In this document: positions 1 to 12,034 of the stretch, piece by piece
Layout of the letters: each line of letters starts with the position of its first letter
Numbering within the stretch: position 1 is the stretch's first letter
UHGV virus genome: UHGV-1442421
Strand: one strand, 5' to 3'
Source of the DNA: a virus
DNA: 32,207 nt
Translations under genes and position numbers: made by a program
The notes under the pieces: generated by a model
Seen by the model: the letters and a program-made list of their open reading frames with translations, nothing else
Database searches by the model: none
Told to the model about the DNA's origin: nothing

Positions 1-650
1 TTATTATCCATTGCGCCAGCAGCTTTCTTTAACGTTGCTTTAGATGATTTACTACCCATCCCTACGGATGAGCGATAAATATCTCCGGCACTATTTTTAA
101 TTTTTCCTGCAATCTTCCCAAGCGCTGGACCAACAATCTCGGCTACAGGGCCAGCCACAGCGCCAATAGCAGCGCCGGAAGCAACATCGCTATTTGTTCC
201 ATTGGCTACAATAGCCCCTTCTCCAGCACCAAGACCTGCGGCGGCAGCCAGCCTTGCCGCCCCTTTCGGAACCTGAGAAATAATCCCACCACCACTAACA
301 AATGGTGCTGCTTGTCCAACAAACTCACCAACATCTTGTGCGGTTGATGGTTTTGCCGCTAACTTCTGCTGTAGAGACTGAATTGCGGCTTGCTCTTCTG
401 GTGTCATATCCTGAAACAGGCCAACACCTTTACCAACATCCATCAATCCACTGAGAACGCCATACATAAAACGGTCGAAACCGTTAGCATTATTAACAAC
501 ATTTTCCTGTCTGGAATTTTCCTCTGGTGAAACCAAAGGAGATTGCTGCTGTTCTGGTTGGGAATCAAGCACAAAGCCATCAGGAAGTTGTGAGTTATCA
601 GGCTGTTCATCCAGAACAAACCCCTCTGGTAAACCTACATTGGTTGCCAT
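1..650 (-). CDS. DNA ejection protein, P22 gp16-like, N-terminal ~216 codons only (C-terminus beyond window)
   Basis: ATG at 650..648 directly after the gp20-like stop; frame stays open to position 1; Gly/Ala-rich; position matches P22 order 7-20-16. Confidence 0.5.
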   Translation of the reverse strand, partial: MATNVGLPEGFVLDEQPDNSQLPDGFVLDSQPEQQQSPLVSPEENSRQENVVNNANGFDRFMYGVLSGLMDVGKGVGLFQDMTPEEQAAIQSLQQKLAAKPSTAQDVGEFVGQAAPFVSGGGIISQVPKGAARLAAAAGLGAGEGAIVANGTNSDVASGAAIGAVAGPVAEIVGPALGKIAGKIKNSAGDIYRSSVGMGSKSSKATLKKAAGAMDN

Positions 651-1981
651 TGTCCGTTCCTGTAAATAATTTTCTGACCAGTTTTAGGATTTTTCGCGGT
701 CATACCTTCTCGAAATGTTTGACCGCCAGATGTTGCTTGTTGTGTCTGTTGTTGCGCAGGCTGCTGAATATCTTCATACAGCTTGGCTTTTCTGGATTGC
801 AATTGCTTAGTTAGTCCGCTGGGGAGAGAATCTCCATAAGTTGAAAGATAATCATCCATTTGCTGATTAAACTTTTCGCCTTCAGTATTTGCCATCAGTT
901 TTGAGGTGTTGATTAAGTCTTGGACTTGCTCATTATTCAGCATCTTGCCGTTAGATAATTGGCTAACATAGTTACCAAGTGTGCCGAATATTCCATCAGT
1001 GCGTTTTACCTGCACTTGCTCACCTTCGCGTACCACAGATTGCGGATCCAGCGATTTCATATAGTTGAAAATCATTCCCAACTGCGCGGCTGGAGTGTTG
1101 CGCTTCCCAAGGGCTTGTAGGTTGTCAGCAGCACTGCGCATTGCAGAATAATTCTTTGAGAACCCATTAATATCACTATTCAGATCTCGAACAAGTTTTG
1201 GGTCAATCTTTCCGCTTTCCTGTTGTTTCATCCCTAATTCCTGCAACTTCAGGGCTACGTTATCATTATGCATTTGTGCCCGCTGAGCCCTGTCTAGTTG
1301 AGCGTTTTGGATATTTGCCCATCCTCTCGCGTTCTCCATGTCAGCCTGACGGATGCTTTCATCCAATCGCCCTTTCTCAAGTTGGCGACCAACCATCTTG
1401 TCCTGAACATTGAAGTAATCAATAGGACCAAGAGCAGCCATCCCAAGGTGATCAACAAACTCACCAAATCCTGAAGGATTCTGCTGATACATCTGAGCAA
1501 CGTTATTAGGGTCAACACCGACGCGAGTAAGTTCCTTGGCGTTGTTTTGCAGCCATGATTGCATTGCTTCTGGAGACGATGACGCAAGGCGTGCGCCAGC
1601 CGCTAAGGTGCCGATAGAATTGCGCTGGTCTTCGTCTGCCCACTTCATACCAGACTGAATCTTCTCTAATTGACCAGGATATTTGGTCATCAGATCTCGC
1701 ACCTGTTGCCGATCACCTGACTGGATGGCTGCCGCATATTCTTTTTGGAATGCAGCATCCGCTTCCTGTTGCTTTGCGGCTTGATATGTTTGAGCGACAC
1801 TACCAAGCCCCTGCAACGCCTGAAGGCCGATGTTATTGCGACCTGAGCGCTCCATTTCGTTGTTCTGGCGAATATAGGCCAACACCTCACTTACATCACT
1901 TGCCTTTGGCGCATTTGAGTTTTGCCCACCGATACCAGCAAGAAAACCGCCTGAGTTGATTCCTTGTTGCCAAGTAGCCAT
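635..1981 (-). CDS. DNA ejection protein, P22 gp20-like (448 aa)
   Basis: ORF track; SD AAGGTGG before ATG at 1981; size and position after the gp7-like gene. Confidence 0.7.
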   Translation of the reverse strand: MATWQQGINSGGFLAGIGGQNSNAPKASDVSEVLAYIRQNNEMERSGRNNIGLQALQGLGSVAQTYQAAKQQEADAAFQKEYAAAIQSGDRQQVRDLMTKYPGQLEKIQSGMKWADEDQRNSIGTLAAGARLASSSPEAMQSWLQNNAKELTRVGVDPNNVAQMYQQNPSGFGEFVDHLGMAALGPIDYFNVQDKMVGRQLEKGRLDESIRQADMENARGWANIQNAQLDRAQRAQMHNDNVALKLQELGMKQQESGKIDPKLVRDLNSDINGFSKNYSAMRSAADNLQALGKRNTPAAQLGMIFNYMKSLDPQSVVREGEQVQVKRTDGIFGTLGNYVSQLSNGKMLNNEQVQDLINTSKLMANTEGEKFNQQMDDYLSTYGDSLPSGLTKQLQSRKAKLYEDIQQPAQQQTQQATSGGQTFREGMTAKNPKTGQKIIYRNGQWQPM

Positions 1982-1990
1982 ATTCCCACC

Positions 1991-2665
1991 TTAAAACAAT
2001 GATCCAAGCCCACCGATAATGCCGCCACCAATAGCGCCAACAGCCGTACCTATTCCTGGCACCACAGAGCCAATCATCGCCCCTGATGCCGCACCGCTCA
2101 TGGCACCTCCCAAGGCTGATTGCAGTCCTGATGGTCGGTTAGCATTAGCCGCAGATGCTGCCGCCTGCTGTTGATACAATTGGCTGACGTTGTTAGCGTA
2201 GTTCTGTCCGGCATTTGCCTGACCTGTAAGAGCACCAAGGCCGATATTTGCCAGATTGTTGTAGTTGTTCATCTGACCTGACAGCCAGTTTTGACCGAGT
2301 GTAGGTGCGATTGCTGCTAACTGGTTTCCTGTTGCTGTAGAGCCTAATCCACCAGTTGCCTCTGCTGCTGCCAGACTCTGATAGCGCGCCTGCCCTGCAA
2401 GGTCTTTATACTGCTGAGAGTTGTAATACTGGTTAAGCGCCTTACCTTGCCCCTGAAGAGAGGAAAGATTTTGCAACTCTGATACGTACTGCTGAGCGAG
2501 TGGCGTAAACGGTGCAAGGTTCTGCATGTTCGTTTGCCACATTTCACGCTGCAGTTCGATGCCCTTTTCAGTGGCGCGTGCCTGGGCTTTTGAACCGCCA
2601 TCACCGCCACCTTTGCAGTAAACAGTTTTGCTGAGGTGCTTATTGGCAATCTGGAAAATTAACAT
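1991..2665 (-). CDS. DNA ejection protein, P22 gp7-like (224 aa)
   Basis: ORF track; SD GAGGAG before ATG; Gln/Ala/Gly-rich low-complexity protein typical of gp7; gene order. Confidence 0.7.
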   Translation of the reverse strand: MLIFQIANKHLSKTVYCKGGGDGGSKAQARATEKGIELQREMWQTNMQNLAPFTPLAQQYVSELQNLSSLQGQGKALNQYYNSQQYKDLAGQARYQSLAAAEATGGLGSTATGNQLAAIAPTLGQNWLSGQMNNYNNLANIGLGALTGQANAGQNYANNVSQLYQQQAAASAANANRPSGLQSALGGAMSGAASGAMIGSVVPGIGTAVGAIGGGIIGGLGSLF

Positions 2666-3119
2666 TCTTTAGCTCCTCGTATTTTGAGCGCGGTAACTGA
2701 TAAATCGTGATGCCTACAGGCTTTCCATTGCTGGTATAAGCATCATCAAGGTGACCAACACGGGTAGCGCCAAGCAAACGGATAATTGACCGTCCGTATT
2801 TCGTGGTGTCAGGAACCATAGTGATGCTGTTAAGGAATGGTGAGTTTTCGAGAAGCCATTTGCAGAATAATCGATGCCCTTGCAGTGCATATTCGCCACG
2901 GAATCCGGGGTCGTACACCGCATGGCATTCAACAACGCTATGCCAGAAGTTACGCACTTCATGCACTCCGACCAGCATCAGTCCTTCGTAGATGCCGAGG
3001 TATACCGCATCAGGCTTGATGTAGTATTTGTCTCCACTGTCTACGATATTTCCCGTGTTTGCCGGGTTGTTGAGGAATTCTGCAAGCTTCACCGGATTAT
3101 CGATGAGCTTTATTTCCAT
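2640..3119 (-). CDS. P22 gp14-like virion protein (159 aa)
   Basis: ATG at 3119 overlaps the needle stop as ATGA; position between needle and gp7 as in P22. Confidence 0.55.
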   Translation of the reverse strand: MEIKLIDNPVKLAEFLNNPANTGNIVDSGDKYYIKPDAVYLGIYEGLMLVGVHEVRNFWHSVVECHAVYDPGFRGEYALQGHRLFCKWLLENSPFLNSITMVPDTTKYGRSIIRLLGATRVGHLDDAYTSNGKPVGITIYQLPRSKYEELKNVNFPDCQ

Positions 3120-3967
3120 CACTGCTCCGCAATGATTTTGATGGTTGTGGCAGTAAACGCCGCCCCATTTGACTGAATGGTTAACGTGCTGCCATTTGTG
3201 GCAAGAAAGCCGTCTTTATCCACGCTGAAGAACGTAGCTAACAGGATGTTATCGGTTGTTGTCGCTGCATTACGACTGCTGACCAACGTGTCAGGAACAG
3301 AGCCGGAAAAGGTTAGCTGCATTGACCTGTTGGCGGTTCCGCTGGGCCACGTCCCGACGATCGACAGCTTGAAGAACAAGGTTTTGTTCTCGTTGAACAC
3401 AACCATCTTGTTGTTAACAGTGTCGAAGAATGGTGCCAACGAGCCGGATGACGGCGTGAGCGTTTTCAGCAGGCTAACAAGGTTGGTCGGCGCTGTCGGG
3501 ATGGTTACAGATACGCCAGAGTAAACAACCTCTGACTTCTTGCGAGTAGTGGCATACTCCAGAGCATCGATGCGCGTTTCATGGTCTGAAAGCGTGTTTT
3601 GAATGGCGATAACTTCATCAGTCAGATAATCAATATCGTTTTCTGCTGTCGTTAATCGTGAATCAAGGCCGACTATCGCCGCTTCTGCGTTAGTGATCCT
3701 TGTTTCGTGGTCCTGTATCTTCGCTTCAGCCGATGCCAGTCGAATTTCGTGATCGACCAGAATCACATCCTGCTCATCGTTCCTGACTTGTGCGTCATAA
3801 GCGCCCTGTCCGGCCTCGTTGGCCTTGTTCGCCACGTTACCAACATCAGTGCCCTGTGCGATAACGTAAAGCAGATACGACTGCGAGAAGATATTGCGTG
3901 GAAGAACTGATGTGTCGAGTCGTGTAGCTTGGATGATTACCGGCACATTGAGATTCGAATCCGCCAT
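3119..3967 (-). CDS. Tail needle protein (P22 gp26 / Sf6 gp9 type) with C-terminal knob extension (282 aa)
   Basis: N-terminal heptad coiled-coil region (repeated HETRI motifs), then a ~130 aa Ser/Thr-rich C-terminal domain; position between gp10 and gp14. Confidence 0.7.
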   Translation of the reverse strand: MADSNLNVPVIIQATRLDTSVLPRNIFSQSYLLYVIAQGTDVGNVANKANEAGQGAYDAQVRNDEQDVILVDHEIRLASAEAKIQDHETRITNAEAAIVGLDSRLTTAENDIDYLTDEVIAIQNTLSDHETRIDALEYATTRKKSEVVYSGVSVTIPTAPTNLVSLLKTLTPSSGSLAPFFDTVNNKMVVFNENKTLFFKLSIVGTWPSGTANRSMQLTFSGSVPDTLVSSRNAATTTDNILLATFFSVDKDGFLATNGSTLTIQSNGAAFTATTIKIIAEQ

Positions 3968-5385
3968 TACTCAATCCTTATCTGGCAGCCAGACAGAGTG
4001 ACAGGTGACTTCGTGATAACGCGCAATTTGAAGCCAACATTTTTCCTGATTCGCCCGACACGCTTCCACAAAACGCGTTTGTCGTAAACGAACGGTTCAT
4101 TCTGCTCAATCATCTGCTCACGCCCGTAATTGATGCCGTCAGTGGTTGCAGAGAGAAAAAGGCGGTCGGCGTACTGCGCAACTCCAGTTGACGACTCAAC
4201 CTCAAGGTCGAAAACTCTGGCGTTATCTGCTTTGAACAACGGAGTAAACAACAGGTGTTCCTGTTGCTTGTCGTACTGGCTGCTGATATCGAATTGCAAT
4301 TTCCCGGTCACGGACTCCAGCTTATCGCCGCACGTTATCTTATTGCCTTCGTAAATGAAGTCGATAGCGCGGTACACATCGTCATACAGGCCTGTTTTCA
4401 GCACACACCATTGCGGACCATTGGCGCTTGAAGATGCGTCGTACACGAGGACGTGGCGCGGCAGGTGGATAATCAGCAACTCATGAGCATCAAAGCGCAA
4501 CGATTCCATCACGCCATCAGCCAGTTCATCAGCAGTGTAGGAGCGGAGGATTTTCTCAATGCTCGCGCTGGCGATTGGTGACACCTGACCGGAGCCGATG
4601 ATGTATACAGACGGCGCACCTGTTGCCGGATTGCTGATGAACGCATAAGAATCAGCGAATGGCGTTTTGCAGTAAGTCCCGGCAATGCCTTTCTGCACCA
4701 TCAGTGATGGCTGTGCGACATACAAAGCAGCACCAACAGTTGTTGCGCCAGTCAGGGAGAAATATTCAATCGTCGATGAACCAAAGCAGACGATGAAGTC
4801 TCGCCATGTTCCGATGCCGATGATGCCGTCAGGCTGAGACTCAGCACGATATTGTGCGCTGTAGCGGTCAGGATGCGATTCGTCTTCAAGGTCAGTGATA
4901 AACCATGAATCAGTGCCGTCTTTTGACCACGCATAACGCCCACGTAAGCGCGTAATGTCACGGACCGAACCTAATTCATACTGCGTGAATCCGCTGTCTG
5001 TAGGCCAGTTTGAGACGGTTTTAACCGTGCCATCATAGCGATACTCGACCAGTTGACCATTAACGCCTACCGCCTGTGATGTTCGACCATGCGCCATTGA
5101 TACGCGACCACTTCCGGAAACATCACCGACTTCACTTTCTCCTTTGTAGAGCTTGCCACCACACACGCGATAAACAGCACTCTGCGCCATGTTGTACTCG
5201 ACTCCGCGCGATACACCGTTCACATCAGAACGTTTGGCAATGCCCGGGAATGAGCGAAGATATCCGCTGCTGCTCAGGATTTCTTTGGGTGTAGCCAACA
5301 TATTCACTGGCAGATAGTCTATATAGTCGGCGTTTCGAAAGTCTTTGCCGACACCTTTCATAAGCGGAAGTTGCTGAATCGGCAT
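3967..5385 (-). CDS. Tail accessory / head completion protein, P22 gp10-like (472 aa)
   Basis: ORF track; same length as P22 gp10; start overlaps gp4 stop; gene order. Confidence 0.8.
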   Translation of the reverse strand: MPIQQLPLMKGVGKDFRNADYIDYLPVNMLATPKEILSSSGYLRSFPGIAKRSDVNGVSRGVEYNMAQSAVYRVCGGKLYKGESEVGDVSGSGRVSMAHGRTSQAVGVNGQLVEYRYDGTVKTVSNWPTDSGFTQYELGSVRDITRLRGRYAWSKDGTDSWFITDLEDESHPDRYSAQYRAESQPDGIIGIGTWRDFIVCFGSSTIEYFSLTGATTVGAALYVAQPSLMVQKGIAGTYCKTPFADSYAFISNPATGAPSVYIIGSGQVSPIASASIEKILRSYTADELADGVMESLRFDAHELLIIHLPRHVLVYDASSSANGPQWCVLKTGLYDDVYRAIDFIYEGNKITCGDKLESVTGKLQFDISSQYDKQQEHLLFTPLFKADNARVFDLEVESSTGVAQYADRLFLSATTDGINYGREQMIEQNEPFVYDKRVLWKRVGRIRKNVGFKLRVITKSPVTLSGCQIRIE

Positions 5386-5885
5386 TATTCGCTCCCGTTA
5401 TCGCAAGGTTCCTTTCGGTGGAAGTAATTCCAACCGTTCCACTTCGCCAACTTGTTACCGCTACCAACAGGCATACGGTTTGGATAACCGGACTTACATT
5501 TAGCGGCTTTTGCTCTGTCCATTGCAGACAGTTTGACGAGTCGCTCTTTCCCGTATCTGGCAGTGGTTATAAGTTTTGCAGACGCTTCCAGCGCATAATC
5601 CGGAGCAATGCGGCAGGCAAGGTTGAAAATGACGGCATTGATAGCGTTATTTGATAAACCGTGTTCATCGCCAGGATCTGGAGCGACATCTGCATCAGCG
5701 AAAATGTAGCCAACGTTGATACCAGGTGACGCATCACCGCCAAGCCATTCAGCCATCATCATTTCAAGGTCGTTGACGCCGTCTTCCATAGACTGCGGTT
5801 CGACATCGGTTAACGTGGCATTTGATGCCACACCGAGCTTACGTAATGCCGCAAGAACTAAATCACCCTTCGTTGTCAGGTTCAT
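5385..5885 (-). CDS. Tail accessory protein, P22 gp4-like (166 aa from ATG at 5885)
   Basis: ORF track frame 5385..5966; internal ATG at 5885 gives P22 gp4 length; the upstream extension runs into the hexamer repeat. Confidence 0.65.
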   Translation of the reverse strand: MNLTTKGDLVLAALRKLGVASNATLTDVEPQSMEDGVNDLEMMMAEWLGGDASPGINVGYIFADADVAPDPGDEHGLSNNAINAVIFNLACRIAPDYALEASAKLITTARYGKERLVKLSAMDRAKAAKCKSGYPNRMPVGSGNKLAKWNGWNYFHRKEPCDNGSE

Positions 5886-6105
5886 CTGCTGCCGCCTTAG
5901 GTTTTCTACCAGGCTTTTTACGCTGTTTTTCTTCTGGCTCTGGCTCTGGCTCTGGCTCTGCAACATCCTTCAGAAGATCATCAGGATGTGCAAACCAGCC
6001 AGCATCCAGATATTCCTGAAGCTCTTCGGCTTTCACGATTTCAAAGTCGTATCCAACGCCTTTCCATTTCTTCATGTCGCCATGACGAAAGATCATGTGT
6101 GTCAT
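5863..6105 (-). CDS. Small hypothetical protein (80 aa) with internal (Glu-Pro)n repeat and basic C-terminus
   Basis: ATG at 6105 with SD GGAGA; the longer ORF-track version (to 6285) overlaps the coat gene and is rejected. Confidence 0.45.
   Translation of the reverse strand: MTHMIFRHGDMKKWKGVGYDFEIVKAEELQEYLDAGWFAHPDDLLKDVAEPEPEPEPEEKQRKKPGRKPKAAADEPDNEG
5933..5960. repeat. Tandem hexanucleotide repeat (TCTGGC) x about 4.7
   Basis: Read directly: tctggc tctggc tctggc tctggc tctg; encodes EPEPEPEP on the minus strand. Confidence 0.85.
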
Positions 6106-6148
6106 GCTTGTCTCCAGATAAAAAGGGAGCCGAAGCTCCCTCTGGTTA

Positions 6149-7444
6149 TCACGCGGTCTGATTAGGCAGACCAACACCAATTGCCTCTGGCCGTACAGCA
6201 CATGCTGAATACCACACAGCAATACGGCACTTACCAGACAGAGTGTTGATATCACCCTGCGTTGCGAAGATGCCGTTAACACCAATACCAGGAATGCTGA
6301 AGGAAGACGTTTTCATGCCAGCAAACAGTTCATGGGTTACCGGGATCGGCTGAGACAGCAGACGGATTGAGTCATCAGCCCAGAACACGTTAGCGGTGGT
6401 TGTTGCCACGTTCAGAACGTTTACCGGAGTGGTATCAGCAAGAGAGGTGTTTACGTTAGCGTAAGCCTTCTCTTCTTTTGTCAGTGAAGCGTCATCAAGC
6501 GCAATCGGCTTCGGCGTGATTTCGATGTGAGTACCATCGATCACACGGGTGATTGAGAAAGTCGCATCATCAGTCAGCACGTTCTTCGCCATCTGAGACA
6601 GGAATTTCACACCAGTGAAGCTGATTTTGTCGCCGCGCTTAAACCCGGTGGTGGAGGATACGGTCACCGTTGCAACACGGTTGTCGACGTTCTCTTTGTT
6701 ACCATCGGTATCAAGGGTGTATGCCTGCGGCTTAAACTTCTGCGCACCAGAAACAGTTACACCAGTAGCGGTTGACTTGGTAACTGCCGGAAGTTTCGGT
6801 GAGCGAAGAATTTCATCAAAGCCAGCAATCTGACGCTGAATAGTACCGTTGCGATACGCTTCTTCAGGAACGCGCCCGAAGATGTCACCATCTACCAGGT
6901 TGCGGCCTGCTTTGCGGTAATCGTCAGGGTTCAGGAAGTAACTGATGCCCATATCGCGGTTTAGCTCACGGGAGAACATCAGGCGCTCTGCATCAGACAC
7001 AAAATCCCAGCCAGACAGGCCAGTAGATGGACCAATTGCGCGGGTATCGTGAACAACAAGCGAGCCCATTTCAGTTGCCTGTTTGGCAATCGCTGACTCA
7101 ATGTTATTCGCCAGTTTTTTGGCGGATGCCTGGATGCGGCGACGGTAAGAACGCTCATCACGCAGGTCATCTGCACGAAGCTCGAAGAAATCGTTATCCG
7201 GATCGCCCATGTTGCATTTCACGGAGAGTTCCAGAATCCCGGTTGCATTGCCAGTTAAATCCCAGCCAGTCTGGGTTGGCGCTTCCTGCTCAACAGGCAT
7301 CCACACGGTGTTGCTTGAACGTTGCATGGATTCTGCCGGAGGGGTGTATTTTGTCACTTTGGACGCCATTGGCGTCAGGTTCTGGACGGTTTCGATGATT
7401 TCATCCAGAGCATACGTGACCAGTTGACCTTCATTTAATGCCAT
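6149..7444 (-). CDS. Major capsid (coat) protein, P22 gp5-like (431 aa)
   Basis: Translation recognised as P22 coat (e.g. [21 protein letters not shown]-terminal GVGLPNQTA); gene order. Confidence 0.9.
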   Translation of the reverse strand: MALNEGQLVTYALDEIIETVQNLTPMASKVTKYTPPAESMQRSSNTVWMPVEQEAPTQTGWDLTGNATGILELSVKCNMGDPDNDFFELRADDLRDERSYRRRIQASAKKLANNIESAIAKQATEMGSLVVHDTRAIGPSTGLSGWDFVSDAERLMFSRELNRDMGISYFLNPDDYRKAGRNLVDGDIFGRVPEEAYRNGTIQRQIAGFDEILRSPKLPAVTKSTATGVTVSGAQKFKPQAYTLDTDGNKENVDNRVATVTVSSTTGFKRGDKISFTGVKFLSQMAKNVLTDDATFSITRVIDGTHIEITPKPIALDDASLTKEEKAYANVNTSLADTTPVNVLNVATTTANVFWADDSIRLLSQPIPVTHELFAGMKTSSFSIPGIGVNGIFATQGDINTLSGKCRIAVWYSACAVRPEAIGVGLPNQTA

Positions 7445-8355
7445 TATCGAATTCCTTTATTCAGTTGCGCCTTGAGCTTGCGGTACGTCTCTACATCCCC
7501 TTTGTTTGCTGCCGCCTCCATCTGCTTTTCAATCGCAGAGATATTTGCAGCAACAGCGTGTCCCTGAATGGGTTCATCAGGTAACGGGGCTTCTGAAACA
7601 GGCTTGGCTCTAGGCTTGAGAGTTAAACGTTCTGACAGTCGAGTGAGTTCAATCAGCGCGGATTGCCCGTCCATCGCCAGCAACTGGCGTGTTTTCTCAG
7701 GATTAGCACCAAGGTGATACATGAGAGCGGCGGATTTCTCCGGGAAGAGGCGCATGATGTCGGCACCAACTGCTGGCGGCACCAGTTGCATGAATGCATC
7801 CTCTTTCTCCTGATAGTCAGGGATATTGAGCTTTTCCGCTGCATCGTAGTGCTTACGAGCAGCCTCGACGTATTGCGCTGATTGCTGGGTGAACTCCTGA
7901 GTTTTGCGACCCTGCTCGGCGACAGCCTGGCTTCGTGCGTCCATAGCCTTGATCTGCCATTCACTGTTTGCCTGCTGGAAGGCCGCCAGTGCGCGGCTCT
8001 GGTCATAGTCGTACTTAGCCAGTGCGTCTTCGGAAAGATAATCGTTAGGGTCTGGTTGTTTTGGTAACTCAGGGTTCACCCGCAGGTGCTCCGGCAATTC
8101 TCCACGCTTAACCGCTTCCATCTGCTGCTCAAGCTCACGCTGGCGTTTGCGTTCGATGCGGCGACGGGCAAATTCAGCATTAGTTGCCGGGTCTTGTTTT
8201 GGTTTCTCATCGTCTTTCAGGACAATCTCGAAGCCTTCTTCCTGACCTGCGTTGTCGTTGGCATTATCGACAACTAAGCCATCAGCAGATGCCGCTGCAT
8301 GATTGCCGGGCAGGGTTAATTCTTCAGAAGCCTGAATGTCGGTGGTTTGGTCCAT
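7444..8355 (-). CDS. Scaffolding protein, P22 gp8-like (303 aa)
   Basis: Acidic, helix-rich 303-aa protein between portal and coat; same length as P22 gp8. Confidence 0.85.
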   Translation of the reverse strand: MDQTTDIQASEELTLPGNHAAASADGLVVDNANDNAGQEEGFEIVLKDDEKPKQDPATNAEFARRRIERKRQRELEQQMEAVKRGELPEHLRVNPELPKQPDPNDYLSEDALAKYDYDQSRALAAFQQANSEWQIKAMDARSQAVAEQGRKTQEFTQQSAQYVEAARKHYDAAEKLNIPDYQEKEDAFMQLVPPAVGADIMRLFPEKSAALMYHLGANPEKTRQLLAMDGQSALIELTRLSERLTLKPRAKPVSEAPLPDEPIQGHAVAANISAIEKQMEAAANKGDVETYRKLKAQLNKGIR

Positions 8356-8368
8356 GATTAACTCTCTC

Positions 8369-10534
8369 TTATTGAGGTGTCTCGGCTACTCCGCCGGAGG
8401 GGATTTGAACTTGACGCATAAGATTCGCGAAATCCATGCGCTGTGAATGAGTCTGGTCTGCATCTTTAAGAAGCAGCTCAGCGTTAGCACGAGCATCTTT
8501 GCTGCGCTGTTGCTGGAATTGACCTACAAGCTTGAGGTACTCACGCAGTTCTGCCTGCTTGTCGAGGTCCATATTGTTGAAGATTTCTGCAATCTTCGCG
8601 GCGTTGAGTTGGTTTTGGGCTTCAACCTTGGCAGCTTCAACCTGAATCTGCGCCTGTTGGTTCTCTGCCTTGAGCAATTCAGCCTGACCTTGCAGAAGGA
8701 TACCCTGCGCCTGAATTTGCTCTGCTGATGGCTGCTGCGGCTGCTGTTGAGCCTGCTGTACCATATCCATCTCTTCAGGTGTTTCTGGTTTCTTCAGCCC
8801 CATCATCACCAGTTGCTTGTTCGCGTACTCTCGCATCATCTCGACGCCTTTACCGTCAAGCAGCGTAAAGTATTGCAGCATCAGCATCTGGAACTCTGGA
8901 GTACCTTGCGGAACCTTGGTTAGCAACTCCTGAATCTCTGCGCGATTCTGTTCCTTCATGCTCTGGAAGGATGGTCCGACGTCTGTATAGCACTCATAGC
9001 GACCGCGAATATCGTTGAGTGTGACCACATTGCCGGACTGGTAATCGACAACTTGCGCGTAGAGTTGAACGTCTTTCTCGCTTCCATCTTCAAGTGTCAG
9101 CGTTACATGACGAGGAACGTCATAAATATCATTGACCATTGATGCATAAATCTCGCCATCACGTCGCATTGCGGTAGCCAGGTTATCCTGAAACACGTAT
9201 GTCTCAAGGTCTGCCCGCATGTTCAGTTGATTGACAGTATCGAAAGCGACCTGAGAGTTTGCTGCCTGCGCATCCACGCCAAGACTAGCCACCTCTTTCA
9301 CTGCGTTGGTGGCAGCCTCAAGCATGTAAGCGTTGGCCTGCGGTACTTCAGGGTTTTCCATGTAGGAGATTGGACCAATCGGCAGGTCGTTACCGTTTTC
9401 ATCGGTCTTGTTCTGCAGATAGTACGGATAGTCATCATTTCCACCGTACATGTATTCGTAGCCTTCGATTTGCTCAGGGAAGAAGGTCGGTTTCTTCTTC
9501 GGTGAACGAGCAACGATATCGGCGTTGAATGACATGATCATGTTACGAAGGCGCTGACCGTCTTTCGTCAGCCTTACCACGCCCTCGTAGCACTCCTTGT
9601 CACCAGCGAATGACCATTCGCCGTACACAGGAACGATTGGGATATGTTCTCCGGCTATCTTCTCGCGGTCTTTCAGGATCTGCGTGCAGGTGATGATCGA
9701 CTTATACACACGCCGACGCTTCACCTTGCGCTCTGCAACCTTAATGAATCCACGATTAGCCAGGTCGTCGATGACGTCTTTGATATCCTGCTGGTAATAG
9801 CTGACCGGCTCACCTGTCAGCGGGTCGCGGTAGATGAAGACTTTCTCTTTCTTCTCTTCGACCTCGTAATACTCAGCGACGTAGACGACATCATTCGATA
9901 CCCACGGAAACAGCCATGTGTCGTTAGGATTCTGGAAAGATGGCAGGGTGTCAGGATCAATACCGTAATCCTCTGCGAACTCTTTCCAGCCATTGCGCGA
10001 CAAGGCGTTAATCACCGTGCAGTGCTTAGCGTCGCTCTTATCCATCTGCTTGCTGTTGGCGTCCCATATGACGTGTGAGCAGGCTTCATGGATTGGAAGG
10101 CGTCGAATTACCTGATTGTTGCTTGTTGGATCGTTGTCTTCGTACTGCGTGACCAGACGCCATGCACCAACGCCAGACTCTATCTGCTCACGAACACCAA
10201 CGTTAACGGCAATCTTTGCCGTGTTATGGCGCATATCAGTACGATACATTCCCATCAACACATCGGCTGCATCAGGATTAGCGCCGTCTTTGGGTCGGAA
10301 GAGAACGTCGATAGGGTTCCGGCGCATCTCCGCGACCAGTTTCCTGACCACCGGGCGAACAACATCGAATTGTCCGCGATATTGCAGGGTGGTGTAGTTT
10401 GATAGCCAGTCATCCCATTGCGACACTCGGCTAAAATACAGGTCATTTGTCGCCTCGGTTCTGGCTTCATCGCTCGCCATCCAGTCTGCGTCAAACTTAC
10501 ACAGAATGGAATTGAGTCTGTTTTCGTCGGCCAT
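8369..10534 (-). CDS. Portal protein, P22 gp1-like (721 aa)
   Basis: Translation recognised as P22 portal along its length (e.g. [23 protein letters not shown], long C-terminal helix). Confidence 0.9.
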   Translation of the reverse strand: MADENRLNSILCKFDADWMASDEARTEATNDLYFSRVSQWDDWLSNYTTLQYRGQFDVVRPVVRKLVAEMRRNPIDVLFRPKDGANPDAADVLMGMYRTDMRHNTAKIAVNVGVREQIESGVGAWRLVTQYEDNDPTSNNQVIRRLPIHEACSHVIWDANSKQMDKSDAKHCTVINALSRNGWKEFAEDYGIDPDTLPSFQNPNDTWLFPWVSNDVVYVAEYYEVEEKKEKVFIYRDPLTGEPVSYYQQDIKDVIDDLANRGFIKVAERKVKRRRVYKSIITCTQILKDREKIAGEHIPIVPVYGEWSFAGDKECYEGVVRLTKDGQRLRNMIMSFNADIVARSPKKKPTFFPEQIEGYEYMYGGNDDYPYYLQNKTDENGNDLPIGPISYMENPEVPQANAYMLEAATNAVKEVASLGVDAQAANSQVAFDTVNQLNMRADLETYVFQDNLATAMRRDGEIYASMVNDIYDVPRHVTLTLEDGSEKDVQLYAQVVDYQSGNVVTLNDIRGRYECYTDVGPSFQSMKEQNRAEIQELLTKVPQGTPEFQMLMLQYFTLLDGKGVEMMREYANKQLVMMGLKKPETPEEMDMVQQAQQQPQQPSAEQIQAQGILLQGQAELLKAENQQAQIQVEAAKVEAQNQLNAAKIAEIFNNMDLDKQAELREYLKLVGQFQQQRSKDARANAELLLKDADQTHSQRMDFANLMRQVQIPSGGVAETPQ

Positions 10535-12034
10535 TTAAGTTCTCCGTGCGATGGGCCTGATTGGGGCTGGTATCTTTTTCTCTTTTGGTTTTTTGATGTC
10601 GCGCATCATTTTTGCGAAGCGGCGCATCATGTATGCATAGCGAACGGCTGAGAGAACGTCGTCGTTAAGCTTGACGATTTTCCCGTTTTCATCACGGTGA
10701 TAGAGGCGGAACTCCTCAAAGAATGGCTCACAGGTGTTGAATACTTTGAAGCGACCATCGAGCATCATGTCGCGCAATTCAGTGATGCCAGGCTCCACAG
10801 CATTACCGCCATCAGGCCATGTCGCATGCTCCTGCAACATCATAAATCCAGCGTCTGCATACTGCCCTTTGAGCTGCTCACCACCGCCCTTCTCATGCTG
10901 GTTTCCGTCATGAGGCCATGCGGTTGGCACTTTATGCGCCCATGATTTAACAGCTCCCCACGCCTGAACGGCTGTCTTTTCTTTCGCCTTCCACACGCGT
11001 GAAACGTAGATTGTGTCTGCGTCCTTATCCCACCAAAGCTGAACCTGAGCCTGTGGGTGATCCCATCCGAAATCCATCCCGCCAATCACGTAGAAGTGAT
11101 CAGGGCACTCGAACGGCTGACACTTAATAGTCTCTTCCGGTATCTGGAAGATTCGACCGCTACCCATCGTAGGAATACCGCGAGCACGCGCCTCTCTCTC
11201 ATGCTCTGGATAGGATGCGATGATTTGCTCTTTCTGCTCGTCGGTATAGTGCTCAGCGTCATAGATGGTCATGTTGACCACTTTCTGCGACTTGCTGGGA
11301 TTCTTCAGGAACTTGGTAACAACGTCAGACATCCCCATCAGCGGGGTAAACGTCAGAATTGAGAATTGCCCGTATTTGTTGGTACGGGTAAGCCCTTCGC
11401 CATAAATGCTGTATGGTGGCTCTTCGTCAAACCACACGCCATGGATTGTGTCACCCTGCCAGCGAGCGCGGCCTTGCGAGTATGGTTTGAAGTAGCAGAT
11501 TGAAATGCCATCTTCAACGCCATCAGCCGTGTGATGCTTAACCAGAAGATGATCAACAAGGTTCGGAAAGAAAGGAGACTTCTTCCAGCTAATGATGTCT
11601 TCTTTCGGTATGGAACCGTAGCCAGGCTCATCATTCTCTTCGATACGACCGCACAGGATGCGTTGAGTCGTTTTGGTTACCGTCTCGTTTGTCTCGCCGC
11701 CAATCCAGAAGACAACAGGCTCATAGAAACGCTTACCTTTCCACTCACCGCCATATTTACCATCAGCCGGATAGCCTTTTGTTCCCGGATAACGTCCGGT
11801 AAGGTGAAACGCGACTTCAGCAGCACCAGTAAATGACTTACCAAGCTGGTTACCAGCCATAAAACAGCGCTCTGGATAGTCATGCCCGGCGTCGATGAAC
11901 TCACGCTGTTTGCTGTATGGCGTAAATTCATATAGCAGGTGTGTGTTCCGGTAGTTCTCTTCTTCTTCGAGTAGCTCGAGCAATTCGATTTGCTCTTCGT
12001 CGCTCAGGTTATCAAGAATCGCGTCCAGTTCCAC
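10535..12034 (-). CDS. Terminase large subunit, P22 gp2-like (499 aa; GTG start)
   Basis: ORF track; GTG at 12034 with SD AAGGAG about 10 nt upstream; size and position; overlaps small-subunit end by 23 nt. Confidence 0.85.
   Translation of the reverse strand: MELDAILDNLSDEEQIELLELLEEEENYRNTHLLYEFTPYSKQREFIDAGHDYPERCFMAGNQLGKSFTGAAEVAFHLTGRYPGTKGYPADGKYGGEWKGKRFYEPVVFWIGGETNETVTKTTQRILCGRIEENDEPGYGSIPKEDIISWKKSPFFPNLVDHLLVKHHTADGVEDGISICYFKPYSQGRARWQGDTIHGVWFDEEPPYSIYGEGLTRTNKYGQFSILTFTPLMGMSDVVTKFLKNPSKSQKVVNMTIYDAEHYTDEQKEQIIASYPEHEREARARGIPTMGSGRIFQIPEETIKCQPFECPDHFYVIGGMDFGWDHPQAQVQLWWDKDADTIYVSRVWKAKEKTAVQAWGAVKSWAHKVPTAWPHDGNQHEKGGGEQLKGQYADAGFMMLQEHATWPDGGNAVEPGITELRDMMLDGRFKVFNTCEPFFEEFRLYHRDENGKIVKLNDDVLSAVRYAYMMRRFAKMMRDIKKPKEKKIPAPIRPIARRT

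Noticed and set aside
527-814. Plus-strand ORF (95 aa) inside the gp16/gp20 region
   Set aside because: Lies antisense to well-supported minus-strand virion genes with no SD; the same applies to other antisense ORFs such as 1198..1413, 3177..3524, 5716..6165, 7027..7398, 9644..10078 and 10088..10402.
5863-6285. Full 140-aa version of the small ORF downstream of coat
   Set aside because: Its first 60 codons overlap the coat gene 3' end; the internal ATG at 6105 with SD GGAGA just after the coat stop is the plausible start.
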